From Scenedesmus sp. PABB004 (taxonomy: Eukaryota), in contig JABVCE010000032.1 of the NCBI GenBank assembly GCA_014905635.1, positions 124,001-188,000 on the forward strand: 64,000 bases of DNA, written 5' to 3'. Below the pieces are notes generated by a model, which worked only from the letters and a program-made list of their open reading frames with translations, did not search any database and was not told the origin of the DNA. Position numbers and translations under genes: made by a program. Positions 53,411-62,157 of this stretch are shown in pieces (positions within the stretch are counted from its first letter, which is position 1; each line of letters opens with the position of its first letter).

Positions 53411-53544
53411 AGGCGGCCCGGTCGGTGGCTGAACGCTCCCTGCGGACGCATGCCGGGGCGCACGCAGCGGCAGAGGCGGGCAGCGAACCTACAAAACCAA
53501 GCTGGGGAGCGTGGAGGGCGGTCTCATCTTGCCGCTCAGACCTT

Positions 53545-54336
53545 TTACACGCACAGAAAGCTCCCATTGCCGACGTTCCGTCGCCCCAGCTCGCCACTCA
53601 AGTGGCAAACGCCGGACGGTTCAATGTACCCCGCCCAACCTGCATATGATTCTGGAAAATGGAATACAGCGCGCCCTGTTGACGCCTGTGCTAAGTGCGG
53701 CCGGCCGCAGCGCACGACCATGAGGTCCATGTCGTGCAAACGCTGAGCTTTGTTGGCCCGCCAATGCCAAACAGGCACAGAACGGTTGAAGGGTGTTCTG
53801 AATGCACATGATTCCCATGGCGCAAATATCTGGTGCTGCTCGCCAGCGCAGCCCCATTTTTGATAAATGTAGTTAGCATTGACCAAGAAGCGCTGCCCTG
53901 CCAGTGAGTTGATGTTTGCGGCAGCGGCGTCGTTTGAATCGTCTGGCAGACCCAGGCCACTGCGGTACAGAGAGTCACTTCTTGCTCCGTGGACCATGGT
54001 TACGGCGTGCAGAGTTGTAACATTGAGTCGCGGCTCCATGCGCTCGTTGCGCAGGGTGAAGTCTCTGTCCTCAAAGTACGCTGGGTATAGATTTTCATCA
54101 AACAGGCCAAAGCGCCCGATGGCACCGCGCGTCATTGCAAACGCGTTGAACTGCCCGTCCGCATCGCGCATGTTGGACCTGCGACGGCAGGGTGAGTTTC
54201 AGTACGTTGCGTGCCATTGACGCATGCGTCGTGCCACTCACCATGACATGAGCCCCACGTCCACGCGCGACGCCGGGTCCCAAAAGTGACGCCCCAGCTG
54301 CCTCAGTGATCCCGGCTCCCAGGCCGTGTCGCGCGC
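53545..54336 (-). CDS. Glycosyltransferase-like gene (GT2-like), 5'-truncated, one intron (about 54178-54241), low GC
   Basis: DTAWEPGSLRQLGRHFW...VGLMSW|SNMRDADGQFNAFAMTRGAIGRFGLFDENLYPAYFEDRDF...YIYQKWG...PFN; upstream replaced by copied host DNA at 54337. Confidence 0.7.
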
Positions 54337-55376
54337 CGCAGGCAACAAAGACGTGACCCGCTGCGGGCTCTCGGGTGAAGGGCGGGGGAGCGTCGACGGC
54401 GTGCTCGCGCGAGCGAGTCGAGCGAGTCGAGTCACCCGGTCACACAGTGCGATTCGACAGACATTATTCAGGCCTGTCGCGCAGTGGCGAGGCGCACGCT
54501 GGGCTGCTGCGGCAATCAATCGCAGGGCCAGCACAGAGCCAGGCAGAGTGCCCCCGACGCCCGGCCCGACCTCGGCCGCCCCACGCCTCGGTCACAGCCA
54601 CGGAGCCGTGACGCCGGCCAATGGTCAGGGGGGCGGGCCGACACACGCCAGCACAACCGCGCGCCGCGCAGCGACTGCGCCGCACGGCGGGCGGCCGAGC
54701 TGCGGGCGCACTGGCCGGGCCAGCGGCGGCGCACGTGCTGCGCGCCGCTGTGCGCGGCGGCTGGCCGCCCAGCGCGCACCCGCGCTCGGTACCCCCTGGA
54801 GGTAGGCGCCGCTCAGAACATCCCGAGCGCGAGCGCGGCCGCTAGCAGGCTCAGCACGCCGGCGGAGGCGGCCGACGCGCCGCTCTGGGCGGGCGGGGCG
54901 GTGGTGGTGGGTATGGCGGTGGGCGCGCCGCCGTACGCGCCCGCGCTGCCGAGCGCCTCGGCCAGCAGCCTGTGGGCGGCGCGGGCGAGGCACGGGTGAG
55001 GCACGGGTGCGTGGTGGGGCACGTGCGCGCGCCACGGGATCGGGCGCGGGTGGCTGCAGTGGCGCCGCGCCGCGGTGGCGGCCCAGCGGCGCGTGTCGCG
55101 TGCGCACGCCTGGGCACGGGGTCGCTGACGGGCTGCAGCTCATTCATCATCATGCCGTCCAGCACCTCGTCCTGGCGCGCCGCCAGCGCGACCGCTGCGG
55201 GGCGGCGGTTTGGGGCGGTGACGCCGTCAGCGGTGTGGATGCGCGTGGCGGGGAGCATCCTGCGCTGCGCTGCGCGAGTGTGGAGTTGCTGCGCCGCCAG
55301 CTGGCTGTCGGCCGGCGCCCGCCATCGCGCGAGGAGCCTGGCCCACCGCCGGCCCGCGGCGCATTGCCGGGCGCCC
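54337..55376 (-). pseudogene. Third, more diverged copy of about 3171-4160 (last codons of the NST gene plus 3' exons of the secreted protein)
   Basis: CGCAGGCAACAAAGACGTGACCCGCTGCGG shared with 3171; encodes QDEVLDGMMMNELQPVSDPVPR and ...LAAALALGMF*. Confidence 0.85.
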
Positions 55377-55434
55377 GGGCGGGCGGCGGCGCCCGCCCGC
55401 AGACGCCGCCGCCAGTCCCCCCCCCCCCCCCCCC

Positions 55435-55909
55435 TTACTCCTCGATGATGCGGCTGAGCGCGGTGATGAGCGTCTTGAGGTTGCGCTGCACGCCCGTGTC
55501 GCGGCTGAACACGCTCACGTCGGCGCTGATGCTCTCCACGTGCTCCAGCGTCTTGCACAGCGTCAGCACCGCGGCGCGCAGCGCGCGCACGTTGTCGTCG
55601 GTCAGCACCGCGCTCTGCAGCGCCTGGATGTCGGCCGCGGCGCCCGCCGCCGCCTCGGTGAGGTGGTCCAGGTTGGCGACCAGCCCGCCCGCGCGCAGCT
55701 CCTGGTTGTGTTTAGGGGGGGGGGGTGCAAGACAGGCAAGCGCGCGGCGTGCTGCAGGCGGCAGCGGCGGCGGCGAGCGCCCAGCGCGTGCCTAGCGCCT
55801 CGCTTGCCCCACCCCCCTCCCCTCAACCAGACCTGCAGCAGGGGCGTGACCTCCTTGGTGAGCTGCGCCGCCTCCTCCAGCAGCGGCGCGGCCTCCTTCA
55901 GCGGCCGCC
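55435..55909 (-). pseudogene. TGD2: TGD2 C-terminal fragment (two exons, intron 55702-55832)
   Basis: LTKEVTPLLQ|ELRAGGLVANLDHLT...VLTDDNVRALRAAVLTLCKTLEHVESISADVSVFSRDTGVQRNLKTLITALSRIIEE*. Confidence 0.8.
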
Positions 55910-56042
55910 TTTTTTAGGCCTGCACGGCCTCAAAGAACTCGTCAACGCCCTCCTGCAGGGCGTTGGGTGCCGCCTACACGACGACAGGGTCGTCGTGTGG
56001 GCGGCACATTAGACGTGCAGCCTGCCACCGCCCCAGCCTCGT

Positions 56043-56384
56043 TCACCCAGGCGCGAGGGCAGGCGGAGCGCGCCCGCTGCCAATCAGCCTGCACACATTC
56101 GGGCGCTCTGCGTCGTCGGAGTAGTAGCTGCGGTAGGTGATGCCTGGGTCAAAGCTGTGATTGTTCACAGAAGTGAGTGGTGGTGATGGTTGAAAATTCG
56201 CGCCTCTCGTCAACTCAGGGTCGACATCTGGAACTCCAGGTGGCACGACGACTGAAACTTTTGACGGATTTTGAAATCTGTGAGAGAAAAGAACGATTAT
56301 AGTGACAAACGACCAGCACAGGGCATACTGTTTGTGCCGTGACCTGGATTTTTTGGCCGGCGAGCCCGGCTGTTTATTCGACAT
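56043..56384 (-). pseudogene. Low-GC short or truncated type II membrane protein ORF
   Basis: MSNKQPGSPAKKSRSRHKQYALCWSFVTIIVLF (basic tail + TM), Pro-rich stem; AT-rich upstream 56450-56500; no recognisable catalytic domain. Confidence 0.4.
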
Positions 56385-56579
56385 CCGGTTGCAAATGAGC
56401 GGAACGCTGTGCAACTGGGCAGTGTGCTGAGACTGTGCAGGTGGCCAGTTTTACATCGATTTTTACAACTTTCTCCTATTTTTGATATGTACTAAAACCA
56501 GCAAACCCCACGCATTGGGCGCTCTGCATGGGAATCCTTAGCTTTGCCCGACGACGGCTGGCGCGGCGCGGCGCTCACG

Positions 56580-56976
56580 TGAAGGTGGCTCAGCGGCATC
56601 CACGATGAGGTCGCTCTGGTTGGCATGGACCACGCTGTTCCGTGGATGACGCTCGACACATCGATCACCTGCGGGCGTGGGTGTGCAGGCGCCGAGGCCG
56701 TGTGCCGGGCGCGGCTGCCATCGGCGGCACTGGGGCACGCAGTGCAACCACCGCAGCCCCAGGCGCAGCTCGACGAGCGTCGGCCTTGTCGAGACTTCAC
56801 GCTCGGCACGCTGTCCACCGCGACGCCGCGGATGCAGGAACAGAAAAGCGGCGGGGGCTGGTGAACAGCCTGCGAGCTGGTGGCAGGCGCTGGCAGTTCG
56901 CGCGCTCGCCCGCCGACGTCCCCAGCCGCACCGGCGTGCCACGGTGATGCCGCAGGCAAGCGGGAACTCAATCGTC
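56580..56976 (-). pseudogene. TGD2: Degenerate TGD2 MCE/MlaD-domain exons
   Basis: IEFPLACGITV.., IRGVAVDSVPSVKS and PRNSVVHANQSDLI pieces, with frameshifts and intron remnants. Confidence 0.65.
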
Positions 56977-57215
56977 GTACTCGTGGATGAGCGTGACCTG
57001 GCGGTCGCGCAGGCAGGTGCGCAGCGTGAGCCGCAGGCCGTGCCCCTCGTTGCCTGCGCGCCCCGCGCAGCCCGGCCACCGCCCCACCTTGCAGCCCCTG
57101 CGGCCTTCCTTGTGGGGGGGGGGGTGTGGAGGGCAAGGTGGCCGCAAAGCGAAAGCTGGCGCGCGGCTGGCCCACGACGTCCGTCAAAGTCAAAGTCGAG
57201 CACGCGGCCCTGCGA
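56977..57215 (-). pseudogene. Diverged copy of Nudix exons (about 51262-51478)
   Basis: GRVLDFD..VVGQPRASFRFAAT and intron plus VTLIHEY match the Nudix locus. Confidence 0.75.
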
Positions 57216-57364
57216 GCGAGGGAAAGGCGGGCTGCCTTTGCTACCGCCACAGCTGTGCGCGCAGACGCCCCTCGGGTTCATGTTAGGGTTCTTTTTTAAA
57301 TGCCATAGGCATAGGGTGCCAATTGCGCAGCGGAGCCTGGGGAGTCCACATCGCGCCAGCAAGA

Positions 57365-57434
57365 ACGCCCGCTCCTTTTGTTTAACCACGCCCGCTCCTT
57401 TTGTTTAACCACGCCCGCTCCTTTTGTTTAACCA
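57365..57434. repeat. Perfect 23-bp tandem repeat x3 (ACGCCCGCTCCTTTTGTTTAACC) just downstream of the 57466 GT gene; mirrored at about 62775-62844
   Basis: Direct reading. Confidence 0.9.
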
Positions 57435-57465
57435 TCCCCAACCCGCGTCACTGAGCCCGCTCTTG

Positions 57466-58260
57466 TCAGCATGGCCACACTCCGCGAGCTGTTGAGTGAT
57501 TCCATGTCCCAAGCTTCGTCCAGCTCTGCCCAGCTAACTTTAACTTGACATAGTTGTGGAATGACAGGACTTTTGGAACGTAAACATGCTGCGCTTTGTG
57601 GTTGTGGACAATTTGTGAGATGAAAGGCCCGTCTGCGCCGTAGTTATTGATCTCCCAAGTCGTATTGCCGATTAGGTCACGGTCGATCAGAAACTGGGCG
57701 GTGTCAATGCAATTAGGTCGTGGATTGCTGCCCTTCAAAAGCAGGGGCTCACCGCCACGTAACTGGTCAAACGTGTACACATGACCTGCAGTGGCTTTAG
57801 GAAGCCACTCCCAAAAGCTTGGGTGCATGGCGTTGTCATCATCAAGAAAGTACACCATGCCGCCTTTGATCAACTGCAGCGCACGGTTCCGCTGCGGGTT
57901 TCCTGAGATTCCAGGCGACGTGTGAAACACTTCCAATACTTTGGGGTTGTCGGGGAATGCGGGGACAACGTCTTGCAGCGCCTTTGCATCATAGACGATA
58001 ATCCATTGGTGCACACAATCAAACTGTATGCTAGACGCCGTTTCAGCCATAAACTGTTTGGTTGTCCTGCTCCACGGCGTGACAATTGTAAGCGAAACGT
58101 TCACGATGCATCGTGGGCGGCTGACGTCAGCGAAATCTATTTCTTTGTTCTGGAGTCGAACGCTGCACATAGCCGTCCAAGCAACGTATGTGAATGCAAA
58201 CAACAAAACTGCCGAGATGATTGCGCATGTGCACAGGGCGATGTTGCGCCACGGTTTCAT
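57466..58260 (-). CDS. Intronless low-GC GT-A glycosyltransferase (GT2/GT43-like) with N-terminal TM
   Basis: TM IALCTCAIISAVLLFAFTYVAW; LTIVTP, WIIVYD, SGNPQRNRAL, MVYFLDDDN, IDTAQF, YGADGPFI. Confidence 0.85.
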   Translation of the reverse strand: MKPWRNIALCTCAIISAVLLFAFTYVAWTAMCSVRLQNKEIDFADVSRPRCIVNVSLTIVTPWSRTTKQFMAETASSIQFDCVHQWIIVYDAKALQDVVPAFPDNPKVLEVFHTSPGISGNPQRNRALQLIKGGMVYFLDDDNAMHPSFWEWLPKATAGHVYTFDQLRGGEPLLLKGSNPRPNCIDTAQFLIDRDLIGNTTWEINNYGADGPFISQIVHNHKAQHVYVPKVLSFHNYVKLKLAGQSWTKLGTWNHSTARGVWPC

Positions 58261-58427
58261 TTTTTAGTTCAAATGAACCAACGAATCTTGGCCACGCCAA
58301 GATTCGTGCAGCTGTTAAATGAATTTTTTTTCCCATAACACGGCTCAATCATAACATTTCAAAACATTCAAAATACATTCATAACTAACAGCCCGCTGTG
58401 GAACTCACCACAGGTTCGCAACGAGAG

Positions 58428-59801
58428 ATGGTCAAAATAAGACGGGACATGCTGCTGCCGCTAGTAGGCTTGTTGTTCATTGTTCTGTGCACGACCGCGC
58501 TGCTCCAACAGAGTTTATGTCACCGGCTTAAAACAATGCACGACCCGAGGGCAACCATTCAACCTGCACACGCTCAGTTGAGTACTTTGTTCAAGCCGGC
58601 CTTGCGGGCGAAGCTATTGCACCTCCAAAACGCAAGAAATGGTTTCGCAGCGGAGCTAGCTCAGGTGCTCCTAGCAGCCCCAACCGCCATCAGGTCTGCT
58701 CGGCGACCCTACCAATGCACATCGGCCAAGGTGTATCCGATTTCGTTCTCCCTCCCTCGGCAATACTTTGCATCTGTCGTCGCGCCAAAAGCTCAAAACT
58801 TTTCCACGGTTATCCCTGGCGTCCGAGAAACGTATGTGTTCAAGCCACGCAATGGCGACAGCCCTCACCAAGTGTTGGAAGCAGAGAAAAAGTACCGTGA
58901 CGACATGGCAAGGAGTTTGTTCGCCATCACATTCAAAAAGGCAGGTTGGGACTGCATGCGCCATGTTGAAATCCTCGCCGCGGGCGCGCTGCCATTGTTC
59001 ACTGACATTGAGGGCTTGCCGGCAGGCACCATGGCTGCGCACCCTGTCGAGGTTTACAAGAAACTGCGACGCTGGCCAGGCATAGAACTGCAGGGATTCC
59101 CAGGCACGCGGCCCTTGCCAGGGAAAAGCTTGCCCACATTCCCCCTGACGCTCAGCAAAGATGCGGTGCAGTGGGCCCTGACTGCGGCTGTTGAGCCATT
59201 TGTTTATCAAGCCGCAGTTGAGTCGCTTCTCGCCATCAGCACAGCCACACTTACCACGAACGCAATGGCACAGTACCTTGTTGAGACAGTGGGAATCGAC
59301 CCCCAGCACAGCAGGGTCCTTTACATTGCGTTTCCACTTGAAGCGGATTACCAGGGAGATACAGTGCTGATCGGCTTGCAGCAAATAATGACTGTGCCTG
59401 TTGTGGATTTCCCTGCCATCAAGCACATTTATCAAACAACAGCAACCTTCAAGGAAAGAGTGTTTTCAGAAAAGAAAAAGGCACTTTACGGCGCAGGTTT
59501 TGGGTATGCATATCAGCTGGCAGAGCCGTTTGGCCTCAACAGGACGGATGTTGCAGGCCGCCTTGCAGCCGGGGAGTTTGACTATGTTGTGTTTGGGTAC
59601 GCTCACCGCGCATATTGGAAAGAAGTGTGGAGGTCGGCTGTGTGTGGTTTGTTTGCCACAGAACGCACTGTTTTCATTCACGGAGACGATGTTCCGCCCA
59701 GCGACGAGCAACTCAAAGTGATGAGTCAGTGTGCAGATTGGATTTTTGCCAGAGAGATGCCAATAGGCTGCGAGATGACGCAGAGGAGCCGGAGCGCCTG
59801 A
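58428..59801 (+). CDS. Intronless low-GC glycosyltransferase-like protein (GT-B/exostosin-like motif) with N-terminal TM
   Basis: TM LLPLVGLLFIVLCTTALL; VYPISFSLP, VIPG..ETYVF, SLFAITFKKAGWDCMRHVEILAAGALPLF, VFIHGDD; start could be GTG 58398, ATG 58428 or ATG 58449. Confidence 0.75.
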   Translation: MVKIRRDMLLPLVGLLFIVLCTTALLQQSLCHRLKTMHDPRATIQPAHAQLSTLFKPALRAKLLHLQNARNGFAAELAQVLLAAPTAIRSARRPYQCTSAKVYPISFSLPRQYFASVVAPKAQNFSTVIPGVRETYVFKPRNGDSPHQVLEAEKKYRDDMARSLFAITFKKAGWDCMRHVEILAAGALPLFTDIEGLPAGTMAAHPVEVYKKLRRWPGIELQGFPGTRPLPGKSLPTFPLTLSKDAVQWALTAAVEPFVYQAAVESLLAISTATLTTNAMAQYLVETVGIDPQHSRVLYIAFPLEADYQGDTVLIGLQQIMTVPVVDFPAIKHIYQTTATFKERVFSEKKKALYGAGFGYAYQLAEPFGLNRTDVAGRLAAGEFDYVVFGYAHRAYWKEVWRSAVCGLFATERTVFIHGDDVPPSDEQLKVMSQCADWIFAREMPIGCEMTQRSRSA

Positions 59802-59841
59802 ACTTGCGCGCACTGGCAGCGCCGCCCGGTGTTGTGGGGCA

Positions 59842-62157
59842 GCCGCGGCGGTGGCGAGTTCAGGCGCTCCGGCTCCACTGGCGCGTTTGGCGGGCGGGGA
59901 GGTGAGCATCCATCCTGGGGGGCGCTGGGGGGGGGGGGGATGGCGGCGCCGGCTGCGCTGCCGCGGCGCGTCGTGGGCGTGCGCCACGCACCGCGCGCAC
60001 AGCTCTGCTCCTGTCGCCGCCCTCGTCCAGCGCGGGGCCCGCGCGCTGTGTGCTGCACACGCCGCAGGCAGCTACGTGGAGGGCGGCCGGGGCAAGCCGC
60101 GCGGCGAGGGCCGGTCGCCAGCGCCCAACAGCACGCGTGGGGGCAGCAGCGGCGGGAGCGGCGAGCGCGGCCCCACACCAGGACAGGGCCGCGCCGGGCT
60201 GGCGCCAGACGGCCGCCCGGCGCGTGGCGGGGGGCCAGGCCGGGCGGCAGCAGGCCGGTCGGTCGGGGCGAGCGCGGCGCAGCGCGCGTGTGAGGGGCAG
60301 CCGCGGCACCGCCTTGCTGCGGACACTGTCTGCTGCAGGGCAACGCCAGCGTTGCGCAATGGGTGTGCACGTGCCGTGCTTGTGTGGCGCCCACGGCACC
60401 CTGTGGCAGCGCAGTCGCAGCGCGGCGGCGGAAGAGCGGTGGGCGGCGCAGCTGTCTGCGCCGCGCTCGTTTGCTCTCCTGGTCGCAGACTTGCCGCACG
60501 ACGTGGTGGCCGCTGCGGGCTGCAGCTGGCAACTGCGCGACATGGTGGGTATGGCGTTGTGCTGTTGCACAGCTGCAACGGTGCACGCACACCAGCACCA
60601 GGTTCGCGCCGGCCTGCCCAGGCTTCGGGTGCTCACCGGCGCGCGCTGGTTACCGCTCCTCAGTTCAGTCCGCCACAGGCCGCCAAAACCCCGTCTGCTG
60701 CTGCTGTCGCGCAGACGTCCCGCGGGGCTGCAGCGCGTGACCCGCGCAGTGCGCCCTGCCCGGCTGTCAGTGCTCGGCCTTTGGCAGCACCGCAGCTGAA
60801 TCTGCGGCCTGCAGACGCCTCACGATCGGTCAGTCTTTTACACACGCGACACCGCGCGTGTGCCGCCGGCCAATCGACCGGCGCGCCGAGCTCAGAATCC
60901 GTCAGACCAGCCCCCACAGGTCGGCGGTCATATCTGTTCCTCCGCCCCAAACTCGCTCCCTCCCTTTGCCGCGCTGACGCCGGGCGCCCCGACTGCCGCG
61001 CCGCGCCCTGCGCTCGCAGCGGCTGCGGGCGCGCTCTGCTGCAGCTGCAGCTCCGCGCCCAGCTGGGCCGCCAGGTGGTCTGCCCCCTTGTCGGGGCTGG
61101 CCGCCGGCCAAATGCTGGCCATCTCGTAGGCAGCCGCCCGCTCCAGCAGCGCGTCGCCGTCCAGCGCCACAAACTCGACGCCCGGGCCCGCGTGCCCCGG
61201 CGCCGGGCTGCCCCTGTACACGCGAGTCGAGAGCACCTCACCGGTGCCAGTGAACACCTCCAGGCAGCTGCGGGCAGCGGCGCAGCAGAGGCGGCAGGCG
61301 CGACGGCAGTGCCGTCGGCACTAGCGGCAGGCCGTGCAGCTGGCAGTGGGCGGGGCGCCGCGGCGGCCAGGCGCGGGACAAGCCGCCACGCCGTGCGCCT
61401 CGCCCACCTGCCGTCCAGCAGCAGGCGCAGCGCGAGGGGCTGGCCGGGGCGCTGCGCGATGGCGCCGCCGATGCGGCGCGCCGCCGGCGCGGTGAGGCTG
61501 AACGCGAGGCTGCCGGGGTCCAGCGCCTCAAACACCACCTCCAGTTGAACAGCACCGCCGCGCCACCCTCGCCGCCCTGGTGCCAGCTGCGCAGCAGGAC
61601 GCCCACGGTGCTGGCGCTGCGCTGCGCAAAAACCACCTGCGCGGCGCGGGACGGCGCGGCGCGCCCGGTCAGGGCAGGGGGCGCGCGAGGGCTGGCGCTG
61701 CGCTGACGGCCGAAGCGCACGCCTGGCGGCCGCGCCGCGGCGCTGATGGGCTGGCCACGGCAGCCCTCCCCCCACCGCTGCCCCGCGCACCTCGATGTCG
61801 AGGCGGCCGCCGTGCACCAGCCCCGGCAGCGGCAGCGACGCGTCCGGCGACAGCGCGGTGCCACAGGCGCACCACGCCTCGCCGCGCCGCAGCTGCAGCA
61901 GCTCCGGCGCGGGGCTCTGGTGCAGGCGGTCGCCGTCGAGGTGCAGCAGGCGCGGCACGCTCATGCAGCCAGCGTAGTCGTAGCTGCCCACCTGCGCGGC
62001 GCGGCGGGCTGGTCAGCGGCGCGCACAGCACTCGTCGCGCGTGGGGGCGAGCCGTCCAATTCCCGAGGCGTCCGCACGGTGCGCACCGTGCGGCGCTCCT
62101 GGAGCCAGCCCCACAGCAGCAGGCGGCCGGCGTCGTCCCGCATGAGGTTTGGCGCGT
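59842..62157. pseudogene. Inverted, diverged copy of about 21157-23490: G3BP-like last exon (+, about 59842-60293) and invertase 3' exons (-, 60902-62157)
   Basis: GSYVEGGRGKPRGEGRSPAP on +; [33 protein letters not shown] and LEVFTGTG on -; introns retained. Confidence 0.9.

Noticed and set aside
57365..57434. 23-bp repeats as a CRISPR array
   Set aside because: No spacers, eukaryotic context, no cas genes
58261..58307. Hairpin followed by CTAA as a Helitron 3' end
   Set aside because: Not followed by T, no matching 5' TC end identified, and it sits in a 5' UTR/promoter position
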